Shown in pieces: positions 20,591 to 30,739 of a DNA stretch of 64,000 nucleotides (position 1 is its first letter; each line of letters opens with the position of its first letter). The position numbers and the translations under genes were made by a program. The notes under the pieces are model-generated. The model did no database searches. It was not told where the DNA came from and saw only the letters and a program-made list of their open reading frames with translations. The stretch is from an uncultured Gemmatimonadales bacterium. Lineage in GTDB: Bacteria; Gemmatimonadota; Gemmatimonadetes; Gemmatimonadales; GWC2-71-9. The stretch spans positions 736,001 to 800,000 of the forward strand of contig CAVUAK010000001.1 in assembly GCA_963739455.1 (NCBI GenBank), given 5' to 3'.

Positions 20591-21437
20591 GCTGACACCG
20601 AAGTTCGACCAGGAAGCACTGCAGCGGATCCTGCAGCGCGCAGCGGAGCTGCAGGCGAACGAGCGCGACGTGACCGGATCGCTCGACGGCAGCGAGGTGC
20701 TGGCGCTGGGGCGGGATGTCGGCATCCCGGAGCACTACCTGCGGCAGGCAATGCTGGAGGTGGGCCAGGTGCGCGAGGCGCCGGCGCCGGAGAGCTGGCT
20801 GGACGAGATGATGGGACCGGCGACGGTGGTGGCGGACCGGGTGGTGCGGGGCGACGCGCACGCGATCGAGGCGGCGCTGGTGAGCTATCTCGAGACAGAA
20901 GAGGTGTTCGGCATCATCCGGCGCACCGAGGGCCAGGTGATGTTTCAACCAGTTGGCGGATGGCAGGCAGCGGTACGCCGGGCGACCGGCAGCAAGACAT
21001 TCATGCTGCGGAAAGCGGAGCGGGTCTCGGCCACGATTGTGCCGCTCGAACCGGGGCTGTGCCAGGTGGTGCTGCGCGCGAGCCTGCGTGATGTTCGGCG
21101 GGGATACATCGGCGGTGCGGCGGCACTCCTGTCGACGGCCGTCGCGGCCACGATCGTACTGGGAGCGCTCAATGCATTCTGGCCCGTGCTGCTGATGCCG
21201 CTGCCGGGAGCCTTCGGATTCTCCTGGGCCATCGGGAAGTCCTACCGTACAGAGACAGAACGTGTCCAGCTCGGGCTCGAGTGCGCGCTCGACCATGTCG
21301 AGCGCGGGTCGGTGCGCGCGTCGCACCAGCTCCCGGGCCGAGGGACCGGCCTGCTGGACACGGTCATGTCGGAAATCGAGACGCTGATCTCGCCGCGGAC
21401 TCCGGGCCAGGGCAGCACCCCAAGGCGCAAGCGGTGA
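20580..21437 (+). CDS. Hypothetical membrane protein
   Basis: Long ORF with operonic overlap; two TM segments near the C-terminus. Confidence 0.75.
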   Translation: MGSELTPKFDQEALQRILQRAAELQANERDVTGSLDGSEVLALGRDVGIPEHYLRQAMLEVGQVREAPAPESWLDEMMGPATVVADRVVRGDAHAIEAALVSYLETEEVFGIIRRTEGQVMFQPVGGWQAAVRRATGSKTFMLRKAERVSATIVPLEPGLCQVVLRASLRDVRRGYIGGAAALLSTAVAATIVLGALNAFWPVLLMPLPGAFGFSWAIGKSYRTETERVQLGLECALDHVERGSVRASHQLPGRGTGLLDTVMSEIETLISPRTPGQGSTPRRKR

Positions 21438-22319
21438 GCAGCATCCGCACCGTGGGCGTGGTGGGTGCGGGGCTGATGGGTGCGGGCATCGCGCAGGCGG
21501 CGGCATCGGCGGGGTTCGACACGATGCTCCGCGACGTGGACGAGCTGGCGTTGAGGCGAGCGCGCACGGCAATGGAGAAGTCCACCGCGAAGTTTGTGGA
21601 GAAGGGCCAGATGACGGCGGAAGCGCGGGTGGCCGCGCTGAGCCGGGTGACCACCACGACCGAACTGGGTGACATCTCCGCCGTCGACCTCGTGATCGAG
21701 GCCGTTCCGGAAAATGCGGAGGTCAAGCTCGATCTGTTTCGAGAACTGAATTCCGTGTGCCCCTTTCCCACCGCATTTGCGAGCAATACGTCAAGCCTCA
21801 GCATCACCCAGCTGGCCATTGGGAGTGGAAGGTCGGACCGATTCGTCGGGCTTCACTTCTTCAACCCGGTGCCGATGATGCCGCTGGTGGAGGTGATCCG
21901 CGGGGGCGGACACGTCGGCGGAGACGTACGACGCGGCACTCGGGTTCGTGCGGAGGCTGGGCAAGGAGACGGTAGAGGCGCAGGACGTGCCGGGGTTCGT
22001 GGTCAACCTGCTGCTGGTGCCGTACCTGCTGGATGCCGTGCGAGTGCTGGAGCGCGGCGTCGCAAGCACGGTAGACATCGACCGTGGAATGGCGCTGGGG
22101 TGTGGTCACCCGATGGGACCGCTGATGCTGCTCGACTTCGTGGGCCTCGACACGGTGGTGCGGATCGGCGAGATCCTGCATGCCGGGTACGGTGAGGAAC
22201 GCTACGCTGCGCCAGCACTGCTCGAGCGCATGGTGACCGAGGGATTGTTGGGGAAGAAGAGTGGCCGCGGGTTCTATGACTACTCCGTCACGCCACCCGC
22301 ACCGGCGAGCATGGCATGA
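21434..22319 (+). CDS. hbd: 3-hydroxybutyryl-CoA dehydrogenase (frameshift near 21905)
   Basis: GVVGAGLMGAGI, IEAVPE, SNTSS, HFFNPVP, PGFVVN, HPMGP, GKKSGRGFY; +1 base in a G run. Confidence 0.85.
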
Positions 22320-22975
22320 CGGGAAGATGGCGCCGTTTCCTGCCGCCCTGCCGCCTTGTCTTCCTGCCGCTCTTGTTCGCATGTGACCCCAATACGACCA
22401 GGCCCAGGGTCGATCCCTTCCCCGAGGATGCAACGACCGAGGTGCGGGCGAAGATCCCGGTGGCGACGGAGCGGCTGCTCGCAGCGCTCGCGGCGGACAG
22501 CGTGCCGATCAAGTTCTCATCCACGCGCGATGGGTATGTGGAGACGCCGTGGCTCAATGCGGAGACGCTGCAGGCCACTGATGCCCGGCCGATCGGGAGT
22601 GACATCGTGCGGATCCGCGGATGGGTGAACCCCGGCAAGGAGGGGTTCTCCGTCATCATCGTGGAAGGGGCATACCGGCAGATGGCCGATCCGTCACTGC
22701 CGGAACGTGAACTGGAGCGGCCGCTGCCGGATGACCATCCGGTGCAACTGCGCATCGACAGCCTGGTGGCGCGGATCCCGACGAACCGGGCGGGCACACC
22801 CAACCCACCACGGCCTCCGGCTTCCGTGACCGACAGCAGTGCCGCGCCTGCTGTTCCCCCCGCTCCGCCGGCCGACACGGTCAGGAAGCCTGCCGGCGCT
22901 CCTGCCAGGACTCCTGTTCCCGCACCTCGCGCACCCGCTGCTGCACCACAGGATTCAGCACCAAAGAGCCAGTAG
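22316..22975 (+). CDS. Hypothetical lipoprotein with Pro/Ala-rich tail
   Basis: Lipobox LLFAC; overlap with upstream stop. Confidence 0.7.
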   Translation: MTGRWRRFLPPCRLVFLPLLFACDPNTTRPRVDPFPEDATTEVRAKIPVATERLLAALAADSVPIKFSSTRDGYVETPWLNAETLQATDARPIGSDIVRIRGWVNPGKEGFSVIIVEGAYRQMADPSLPERELERPLPDDHPVQLRIDSLVARIPTNRAGTPNPPRPPASVTDSSAAPAVPPAPPADTVRKPAGAPARTPVPAPRAPAAAPQDSAPKSQ

Positions 22976-23006
22976 TCTTTTTCGTCTCCCTCAAACTGTG
23001 AGCCTC

Positions 23007-24356
23007 ATGACGTCACCCAGCCCCAGCCGGCTTCCCCGCAGCATCGGGCTCTGGAGCGCCATCGCTGTCGTCATCGGTTCGACGATCGGGTCGGGCATCT
23101 TCCGGTCGCCGGCGGGCATCGCCGAGCGCTTGCCGGGGCCGTTGCCGCTGCTGTCGGTGTGGGTGCTGGGCGGAGTCTTCGCCCTCTGTGGCGCGCTGAC
23201 GCTTGCGGAGGTATCGAGCGCGATCCCGGAGACAGGCGGGCTCTACGCCTTCCTCCGCGACGGGTGGGGGCGGATCTATGGCTTCCTCTTCGGGTGGGCG
23301 CAGCTGGTGATCATCCGGGCGGCGTCGCTCGGCGCGATCTCGATCACGTTCGCCGAATATTTCATCAGGGTGCTGGGTTACGATCCGCGGGTGGCGCCGT
23401 ACGACATGTACTCGCACCGTCTCGCGGCGGTGGCGATCGTGGTGACGGCCACGTTCAACATCGTCGGCGTAAAGTGGGGAGCGCTCGTCACCAACCTCAC
23501 CACGCTCGCGAAGTACGGCGGGCTGATGTTCATCATCATCCTGGCGCTGACGCTGGGGCTGCCGGAGACAGGTGGGCACTTCACGCCGATGGTGCCGCCG
23601 GGAAGCTTCTCCATCGCGCCGTTCGGGCTGGCGCTGGTGGCGGTGCTGTGGGCGTACGACGGGTGGGCCGACCTGACCTTCGCAGCGGGCGAGATCAAGG
23701 ACCCGCAGCGGAACCTGCCGCGGGCGCTGATCGGGGGCACGCTGGCAGTGATCCTGATCTACGTGCTGGCGAACATCGCGTACCTGTCGGTGCTCGACGT
23801 GAACGAGATCAGGACCTCCAAGCTGGTGGCCGCCGACGTGGCCGAGAAGCTGATCGGGCGGAAGGGCGTGATCTTCGTGTCGGTGACGGTGATGCTCTCG
23901 ACGTTCGGGACGCTGAGCAGCGTGCTGCTGACGTCGCCGCGCATCCTCTTCGCGATGGCGGATGACAAGCTCTTCTTCAAGCAGGTCGCGACAGTGCACC
24001 CGAAGTTCGGGACGCCGTACGTGGCGGTGCTGCTCGTGGCGGCGATGGGCATCGCGTTCGTGCTGCTGCAGACGTTCGAGAAGCTGACCGATACCTACGT
24101 CATCGCGGTGCTGCCGTTCTACGCGCTGGGAGTGGCGGCGGTGTTTCCGCTCCGGAAGAAGCTGGGCTATGCGCCGTCGTTCAAGACGCCGTGGTACCCG
24201 GTGGTGCCGCTGCTGTTCATTGCGTCAACGATCTTCCTGCTGGGGAACTCGGTGATCGAGCCGGACACGCGGATCTGGACGCTGGGGATCTTCGGGGTGA
24301 TCCTGGCGGGAATTCCGTTCTACTGGTTCGTGTCGAAGAGAAGGGGCGAGGCGTAG
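23007..24356 (+). CDS. APC-family amino acid permease
   Basis: IGSGIFRSP, ETGGLYAFL, WAYDGW, EIKDPQRNLP; about 12 TM helices. Confidence 0.95.
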   Translation: MTSPSPSRLPRSIGLWSAIAVVIGSTIGSGIFRSPAGIAERLPGPLPLLSVWVLGGVFALCGALTLAEVSSAIPETGGLYAFLRDGWGRIYGFLFGWAQLVIIRAASLGAISITFAEYFIRVLGYDPRVAPYDMYSHRLAAVAIVVTATFNIVGVKWGALVTNLTTLAKYGGLMFIIILALTLGLPETGGHFTPMVPPGSFSIAPFGLALVAVLWAYDGWADLTFAAGEIKDPQRNLPRALIGGTLAVILIYVLANIAYLSVLDVNEIRTSKLVAADVAEKLIGRKGVIFVSVTVMLSTFGTLSSVLLTSPRILFAMADDKLFFKQVATVHPKFGTPYVAVLLVAAMGIAFVLLQTFEKLTDTYVIAVLPFYALGVAAVFPLRKKLGYAPSFKTPWYPVVPLLFIASTIFLLGNSVIEPDTRIWTLGIFGVILAGIPFYWFVSKRRGEA

Positions 24357-24375
24357 AGAAGGGGAGGGTATTTCC

Positions 24376-24687
24376 ATGACCTTCAAGCCGGCGATCTGGT
24401 ACCCGATTTCCGTCGTGCTCACCGTGGTCAACGTTGGCGCCGCCTGGTTCGCTGCCCGGGATGCGGAGCCGTGGCACGCCGTGGTTCACGCAGGCCTGGC
24501 GGTGGCGTTTGGGCTCTGGGCGCAGCGGCTAAGGCGGGGGCGCCAGCGCAGGGGCGATGAACTCCAGGCGGGTGTCGAGGCGCTCGAGATCGAGGTGAAC
24601 ACGCTGCGGCAGGAATTGAGTGACGCGCAGGAGCGCATCGACTTTGCGGAACGATTGCTTGCCCAGAACAAGGATCGCCGCCAATGA
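24376..24687 (+). CDS. Small membrane protein with coiled-coil tail
   Basis: GGAGG SD; 2 TM; QERIDFAERLL. Confidence 0.75.
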   Translation: MTFKPAIWYPISVVLTVVNVGAAWFAARDAEPWHAVVHAGLAVAFGLWAQRLRRGRQRRGDELQAGVEALEIEVNTLRQELSDAQERIDFAERLLAQNKDRRQ

Positions 24688-25163
24688 TCCCTCACATTCT
24701 TGCCACGCTGGCGCTGATCGGGATTGCCCTGCTGCTGGGCGCCTGCGCCTACGAGTCCGTGGTGATGGCGCCGAACTTCGAGCGGGAGGTCCCGGCCTCC
24801 ATCGAGGCTGCGCGACAGTTCCTGAAGCGCACCACGCCGGGTCACTACTTCCGGATACTGGCCCCCGTTACGCAGCTGCTGGTGCTGGGCGGCGTAATCA
24901 TGTCGTGGCAGGTCATGGCGGCTCGCTGGGCACTGCTGACGGCACTCGGCGTCCTGCTGCTCACCGACGCCATCACCTTCACGTATCACTATCCTCGCCT
25001 GGCGATCATGTTCAAGGGGCCCCTGCCGGAGGATCATGCGCGGCTGGCCCGTGCGGCGCGGGAGTGGGGCCTGGGCAATATCGTGCGGGTGGCGCTGTTG
25101 CTGGTGGCGTTCCTGGCGGCGCTTCGGGCGGTGTTGATCCTGCCAATGCACGCGGCGGGCTGA
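24684..25163 (+). CDS. DUF1772 / anthrone oxygenase-like membrane protein
   Basis: 4 TM, FTYHYPR, W..GNIVR. Confidence 0.6.
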   Translation: MIPHILATLALIGIALLLGACAYESVVMAPNFEREVPASIEAARQFLKRTTPGHYFRILAPVTQLLVLGGVIMSWQVMAARWALLTALGVLLLTDAITFTYHYPRLAIMFKGPLPEDHARLARAAREWGLGNIVRVALLLVAFLAALRAVLILPMHAAG

Positions 25164-25178
25164 GAAGCGCGTGAAGTA

Positions 25179-25685
25179 CTAGAGGATGCCCGGGTTCGCC
25201 TTCCACACGGCGTAGGTGAGCATCGTGGCGAAGGTGACCCAGGCCAGGTATGGAATCATCAGCGTTCCGGCAACAGGGCGCACGCGGCGGAACAGGTTCA
25301 TCGTCATCGCCACGGCAATCCAGAGCAGCACGACACCCACGAATGCCAGCGCGCCCCGGTGCCAGGCGAAGAAGAGCCAGGTCCAGAGCGCGTTGAGCGC
25401 GAGCTGCACCAGGTAGACCAGGAGCGCCACGCGCGCGCCGACGTAGTTCCGCGCCTTCCAGACCATCCACGCCGCAACCGCCATCGCCAGGTAGAGCACC
25501 GTCCAGACCGGCCCGAACACCGACCCGGGCGGCGCCCAGCTCGGTCGCTGCAGCGCTTCGTAGAACTCACGTGAGTTGGCAGCGGCGATGGAGCCGATGG
25601 CCGCCGCGACCGCCGTGATCCCGATCCAGCCGAGCAGACCCGGAATGGTCGAGCCACCCACCGATTCGACCCTGCCCTGCGCCAT
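25179..25685 (-). CDS. tspO: TspO/MBR tryptophan-rich sensory protein
   Basis: LQRPSWAPPGSVFGPVWTVLY, QLALNALWTWLFF, PYLAWVTFA. Confidence 0.95.
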   Translation of the reverse strand: MAQGRVESVGGSTIPGLLGWIGITAVAAAIGSIAAANSREFYEALQRPSWAPPGSVFGPVWTVLYLAMAVAAWMVWKARNYVGARVALLVYLVQLALNALWTWLFFAWHRGALAFVGVVLLWIAVAMTMNLFRRVRPVAGTLMIPYLAWVTFATMLTYAVWKANPGIL

Positions 25686-25783
25686 GATCCAGCCTCCCCC
25701 AAGCCTGACGCCCGTCCAGCAGTACCCAGCCAATCATACCCCGGGTCCCGGCGCGTTGGCCGGTTTCAGGCCCGCGCTACTGG

Positions 25784-26176
25784 ATGCGACTTGACCCCGC
25801 GCTGGCAGCGTGCGGTGGCGACTCGAACGAACCGAAGGAACTCCAGTTGCGCGACATCGCGGGCAACTGGCAGGGCACTGCCTTCGAAATCACGGACCTT
25901 GAAACCGGGGAGAAGGCGGAGTACTTGTCGAAGGGCTACCTCGCCGAATTCGACATGACCGTGAGCGCCGCAGGGGCGTTGGCGTTCTCGGCACGTGAAC
26001 CTGACGAAGACGAAGCGGATGTCAGCACCGGGACGATTGCGCTGGACGGGAACAACGTAACCATCACCCTCGACGCAGAGGTCTACCACGGAACGATCGC
26101 GACCGGCGACCGCACCCTTACCATCAACCTCCTGAGTGATGAACTCAGGCAGGTCCTGGTGTTCCGCCGCAGGTAG
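25784..26176 (+). CDS. Hypothetical lipoprotein (lipocalin-like); start uncertain
   Basis: LAACGGDS lipobox; IAGNWQG; signal peptide appears truncated. Confidence 0.55.
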   Translation: MRLDPALAACGGDSNEPKELQLRDIAGNWQGTAFEITDLETGEKAEYLSKGYLAEFDMTVSAAGALAFSAREPDEDEADVSTGTIALDGNNVTITLDAEVYHGTIATGDRTLTINLLSDELRQVLVFRRR

Positions 26177-26222
26177 CGGAGGAGCCTGATCGCGTAGGGG
26201 TTCTAGCGGGAACTGCGCGGAC

Positions 26223-27018
26223 TCAGACCACGTACGCCTTCACCCACTCCTCGAGCTGAGCCAGGTCGAGGAGTGCGTCCTTGCAGGGACCAGACGGGCA
26301 GCGTCATGGTCAGGCCCAGCACTGGAACCTTCCCTGCCACGTCGTGCAGGCCACTCACCATGTCCCGCTCGCAGGCAACAGCAACGACGGCGCGGGGGCG
26401 TCGCTCGCGAATGACGCGGCGGGCAAGCTGCCCGCGGGTGGCGACGAACACCGGGACATCGTACTTCCCGGCGATCTGGAGCACGCCGTCGAGCGTGGCC
26501 CGCGACAGGCACCGCGGAATGAGCAGCAGCAACTCGCCCTTGCCGACTTTCCGGTTCCGTTCCAGCACCAGCGCGTTGTAGACCTTTACCGCGGCGTTCT
26601 CGACCCAGTCGCGCTTGCCAAACCGGTCTGCCACGCGCGACGTGAGCTTCATGAGCCGGAGGAACGGGCCCCGTTCGGCGAGGCGCTCGGGCAGCAACGG
26701 GCGGCGCAGGAGATAAGAAAGGAGGATGGCGCCCCACCAGAGCCAGAGCACTCCCGCCACCACACCGAGTCCCAGCCAGACGTAGGTGGGCACCACCGCG
26801 CTCAGGTGCGCGATGTGGGGAGAGAGCAGCTCGGCGACGAGGGCAAGCACGCCGAGGGCGAAGGCAAGCGCCACGGCCGACCAGGCAAAGAAGAGCGCGA
26901 CCGGCGAGTCATAGTTGCCCAGGTTGGGCAGGGGGGTGCCATCCCACTCGTCCCACTCGTGACCGAGCCGACGATCTACATCTATATGTATGAGCTGGGC
27001 GCGCTGGATATCCGACAT
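26223..27018 (-). CDS. DUF116-domain membrane protein (C-terminal frameshift near 26296)
   Basis: LLIPRCL, VVAVACERD; removing one base restores LPSGPCKD..*. Confidence 0.85.
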
Positions 27019-27048
27019 AGGGAATCAAGATAACGTAGGTTTGCGGTC

Positions 27049-28712
27049 ATGCCGTCCGTTCCCCGACTCCGCGGATCATTCCGAACCGACGTCCGAGCCC
27101 GCGCCGCCTACAGTGAAGGAGCTGGGGTGTATCCGGGTGGTCCCGGCAGCTGTGGCGCTTCCTGTCGATGAAGCAGACCTTCGTGCCCTGCTGCAGTGGG
27201 TAGTCGGCAGTCGGCAGTCGGCAGGGAGTCGTCAGACGCTGGTGCTGCGGGGGGCGGGCAGTGCGATGGGGGGCGGGAATGTGGGAGACGGAATCGTGGT
27301 GGACCTCACCGCCATGGCCGAGCGGGAGTGCGCTGTGGACGCCATCCAGCGCAACGTGACCGCCTCGGCGAGGGTGACGCTGGGCGAGATCGAGCGAGCT
27401 GCCGAGCCCTTCGGCCTCCGGCTGCCGCCCGATCCATCGAGTGCCCGTTGGGCAACAGTGGGCGGGGCGTTCTCGACCAATGCCTCGGGGCCACGGACAC
27501 TGCGTTATGGAAGCATGCGGCGCTGGGCCCTGGGCGCGACGGTGATCACGGCAGACGGCGAGCGGCTGGTACTGCGCCGAGGCGAGGCAGCGAGCGGCCG
27601 GGCGGCAGCGCGATTCGAGTCGGATGTGGCGCCGGCGATCCGCGCGATAGCTCCGCGCATCCGGGAGCGATTCCCCCATACGCGGAAGAACTCCTCGGGT
27701 TACGCGCTCGATGCCTGGCTCGAGTCAGGTGACCTGCTCGACCTCTTCATCGGCGCCGAGGGAACGCTGGGCGTGGTGACGGAGGTGACGTGGCGGCTGG
27801 ATCCGATCCCGCCCTTTCGGTCGGGGCTCAAGGTCGAGGTCGCGTTGGTGGAGCGGATCGCCGAGGTGATCGCGGCGCTGACGGCGACCGGCCCGTCGGT
27901 GTGCGAGCTGCTCGACCGGAGCTTTCTCGAGGTGGTCCGGAGCGGGGCGACGGGGGCGGCGGTGAGCGTTCCGGATGCCGACGCGGTGCTCCTGCTCGAG
28001 TACGAGGAGGACTCGGCGGCGGCACTTGAGGCAGCGGTGACGAGCGGCGCGCGTGCCGCGGAGTCCGCGGGCGCGCGAGCGGTACGGCCTGGCAATGCGG
28101 AAGAGCAGGCGGCAATCTGGACGCTGCGTCATGCGGCGAGTCCGATCCTCGCCCGGTTGCCGCTGACGCAGCGGTCGATGCAGGTGGTTGAGGACGGCTG
28201 CGTGCCGGTGAAAAGTCTTGCTGAATACCTGCAGCTGCTGCGAGATGCGACGGCGGCGCGTGATCTTCCAATCGTCCTCTTCGGCCACGCGGGCGATGGT
28301 CATGTGCACGCGAACCTTCTTCCCGACACGACTCGACCGGGGTGGATCAATGCGGTGGAGTCACTGCTCGAGGAAGTGAGCGCTGGCGTGATCGCGCTGG
28401 GAGGGACGCCCTCGGGAGAGCATGGCGACGGGCGGCTCCGTGCCGGTCTCGTGGAGCGGGTCTATGGTCCGGAGATCGTGGGCCTGTTCCGGATGGTGAA
28501 GAACTGCTTCGACCCACTGGGCATCCTGAATCCGGGCGTTATCCTTCCCGCCGTTCCAGGTGAAGCACCGCTCTCCGGGCTCAAGGTGGGGGCCGACGCG
28601 GCGCCAATACCACGACGACATAGCGGTGGCGTTGAGGGACATCGAGCGCGAGGGCGGCTACGGCCGCTCGAGGCTCCTGATAGCTGACGACTCCCTGCCG
28701 ACTCACGACTGA
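27049..28712 (+). CDS. FAD-binding oxidoreductase, GlcD / D-lactate dehydrogenase family (frameshifts near 27133 and 28612)
   Basis: RGAGSAMGG, PDPSS..ATVGG, GAEGTLG, GHAGDGHVH, SGEHGDG, DPLGILNPG. Confidence 0.9.
27202..27235 (+). repeat. Heptamer array (AGTCGGC)3 AGGG AGTCGTC, in-frame in FAD oxidoreductase
   Basis: Encodes SRQSAGSRQ. Confidence 0.85.
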
Positions 28713-28727
28713 CGACTGACGACTGCC
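28684..28727 (-). repeat. Heptamer array (AGTCGTC)2 AGTCGTG AGTCGGC AGGG AGTCGTC
   Basis: Inverted relative to the 27202 array; ends just before the thyX start. Confidence 0.85.
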
Positions 28728-28729
28728 CT

Positions 28730-29482
28730 ATGAAGATTCTTCGAGATGCCACCGTCACGCTCCTCGCCCGGCCCCAGTTCGTGGAGCCGGCACACCTGCC
28801 GATTTCCTGGCAGGGCGCGTCCACCGACGGGGAGCGGCTCGCCGAGTTCGCCGGGCGGCTCTGCTACATGAGCCAGCACAATCCCGCCGGACGGAGCACC
28901 GCCGAGTACCTCGAGAACATCCTCAAGCAGGGCCATGGGTCGGTGTTCGAGCACTCGACCTACGTGCTCCTCCTCGAGGGGATCTCCCGCTCCTGCACCC
29001 ACGAGCTGGTGCGGCACCGGGCGGGCTTCGGCTACTCGCAGCTCTCCCAGCGGTACGTGGACGAGTCGGAGGCAAACTTCGTCATGCCCCCGGCAATCCA
29101 GGGCGATGCTGTCCTCGAGGGGGAGTGGCAGCGGGCGATGGAGTCGGCCCAGACCTCCTATGTGGCGACGGTGGAGCTGCTGATGGAGAAGTACAGCTGG
29201 GTGGAGAGCCGGGTGCACCGGCGGAAGATGGCGCGCGAGGCGGCGAGGAGCGTCCTGCCCAACGGGACGGAGACGAAGATCGTGGTGAGCGCCAACGTCC
29301 GCGCCTGGCGGACGATGCTGGAGCTCCGCCTGGGAGAGGGAGCGGAGCTGGAGATCCGGCGCCTCGCGGTGATGATCCTCCGCGTGCTCAAGAGCGAAGC
29401 GCCGGCGCTCTTCGGTGACTTCGAGATCTACAAGGCGGGCGATGGGACCGAGTGCGGGCGGGTTGGATACCACAAAGTGTGA
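28730..29482 (+). CDS. thyX: FAD-dependent thymidylate synthase
   Basis: GHGSVFEH, ELVRHR..SQLSQRY, EAARSVLP, ELEIR. Confidence 0.95.
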   Translation: MKILRDATVTLLARPQFVEPAHLPISWQGASTDGERLAEFAGRLCYMSQHNPAGRSTAEYLENILKQGHGSVFEHSTYVLLLEGISRSCTHELVRHRAGFGYSQLSQRYVDESEANFVMPPAIQGDAVLEGEWQRAMESAQTSYVATVELLMEKYSWVESRVHRRKMAREAARSVLPNGTETKIVVSANVRAWRTMLELRLGEGAELEIRRLAVMILRVLKSEAPALFGDFEIYKAGDGTECGRVGYHKV

Positions 29483-29501
29483 GAAAATCCCGAAAAAACT
29501 A

Positions 29502-29530
29502 TTGTGCAATCGTTTTGCATTCCTTACCTT
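29502..29530 (+). promoter_or_regulatory. Putative sigma70 promoter TTGTGC-N17-TACCTT
   Basis: AT-rich patch with correct spacing and an A-tract upstream. Confidence 0.5.
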
Positions 29531-29570
29531 AGACTGCGCGCGCGAGAAAATCAGCAGTTCCGAGTTCGCT

Positions 29571-29595
29571 CGTCCGGCATCGGACGTCTTTTTTT
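29571..29595 (+). terminator. Intrinsic terminator / possible attenuator
   Basis: CGTCCG-GCAT-CGGACG then TC and T7; only 13 nt before the next start codon. Confidence 0.65.
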
Positions 29596-29608
29596 GTAGA
29601 GGGCCCGT

Positions 29609-30739
29609 TTGGCAGTTCGGATCGGACTAGCCTTCAATCTCAAGCCTGAGGCACCGGCACCAGTCGCCGGGGCGGACTCGCCCTCCCCCGTAATCCCCAA
29701 TCACAACAGTGACGTCACGGCGCTCCCCTCGGCGCAGCGAGTGCTGCGCGACGACCTGGAGCAGCCCGATCTCTACGCCGAGTGGGACGAGCAGGGCACC
29801 ATCGACGCGGTTGCCGCGGCGCTCTCCACCATAGGAGAAGTGGTGCTTCTCGAGGCGAACGAGAGCTTCCCGGAGAAGCTCCGTGCCGCCCGGCCCGACT
29901 TCGTGTTCAACATCGCCGAGGGGCTCTACGGCCCGAACCGGGAGGGGCACATCCCGGCCATCTGCGAGTTCTACGGCATCCCCTGTCACGCCTCCGACCC
30001 GCTCTCGCTCTCGCTCTGCCTGCACAAGGGCCGGACGAAGGAGATGCTGCTCCAGCATGGCGTGCCGACGGCGCCCTTCACCATCGCCCGCACCCGGGAT
30101 GACGCCCGGAACGTGTCGCTGCCCTTCCCGCTCTTCGCGAAGCCGTGCTTCGAGGGGTCGGGCAAGGGCGTCACGGTCAAGAGCCTCTGCCACAACCGGG
30201 CGGAGCTGGTGGCCCGGGTGGAGGCGCTGCTCGACACCTACAAGCAGCCGGTGCTGATCGAGACCTGGCTTCCGGGTCTCGAGTTCACGGTGGCGGTCAT
30301 CGGGAACGGCGAGGAGGCACGCTGCTTGCCAATCGTCGGCATGAACTTCGACGTGCTGCCCGCGGGCGCACCGCCGATCTATGGCTACGAAGCGAAGTGG
30401 CTCTGGGACACGATCGCGAATCCGCTGCAGCTGTTCGAGTGCCCGGCCAAGGTGCCGGCGGAACTGACCCGGGACATCGAAGCGGCGGCACTCGCCGCCT
30501 ACCGGGCGCTCGAGTGCCGGGACTGGTGCCGCATCGACGTGCGCTGCGACGCGGTGGGTCGCCCGATGGTGGTGGAGCTCAACCCGCTGCCGGGGATCCT
30601 TCCCGACCCGATGGACAACTCCTGCTTCCCCAAGGCGGCACGGGCAGCGGGCATGACGTACGACGACCTGATCCGCACCGTGGCGGACATCGCCTGGCGG
30701 CGGATCAGCGGCGGGTCCCTGCTGGCCGAGGTGAGCTGA
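29609..30739 (+). CDS. Ddl-like ATP-grasp ligase 1 (non-canonical)
   Basis: FNIAEG..REGHIP, FAKPCFEGSGKG, EFTVAV, YGYEAKW, CRIDVR, ELNPLPG. Confidence 0.9.
   Translation: MAVRIGLAFNLKPEAPAPVAGADSPSPVIPNHNSDVTALPSAQRVLRDDLEQPDLYAEWDEQGTIDAVAAALSTIGEVVLLEANESFPEKLRAARPDFVFNIAEGLYGPNREGHIPAICEFYGIPCHASDPLSLSLCLHKGRTKEMLLQHGVPTAPFTIARTRDDARNVSLPFPLFAKPCFEGSGKGVTVKSLCHNRAELVARVEALLDTYKQPVLIETWLPGLEFTVAVIGNGEEARCLPIVGMNFDVLPAGAPPIYGYEAKWLWDTIANPLQLFECPAKVPAELTRDIEAAALAAYRALECRDWCRIDVRCDAVGRPMVVELNPLPGILPDPMDNSCFPKAARAAGMTYDDLIRTVADIAWRRISGGSLLAEVS

Noticed and set aside
28730..29482. thyX as a prophage marker
   Set aside because: No phage genes nearby; composition matches the host; embedded among metabolic genes
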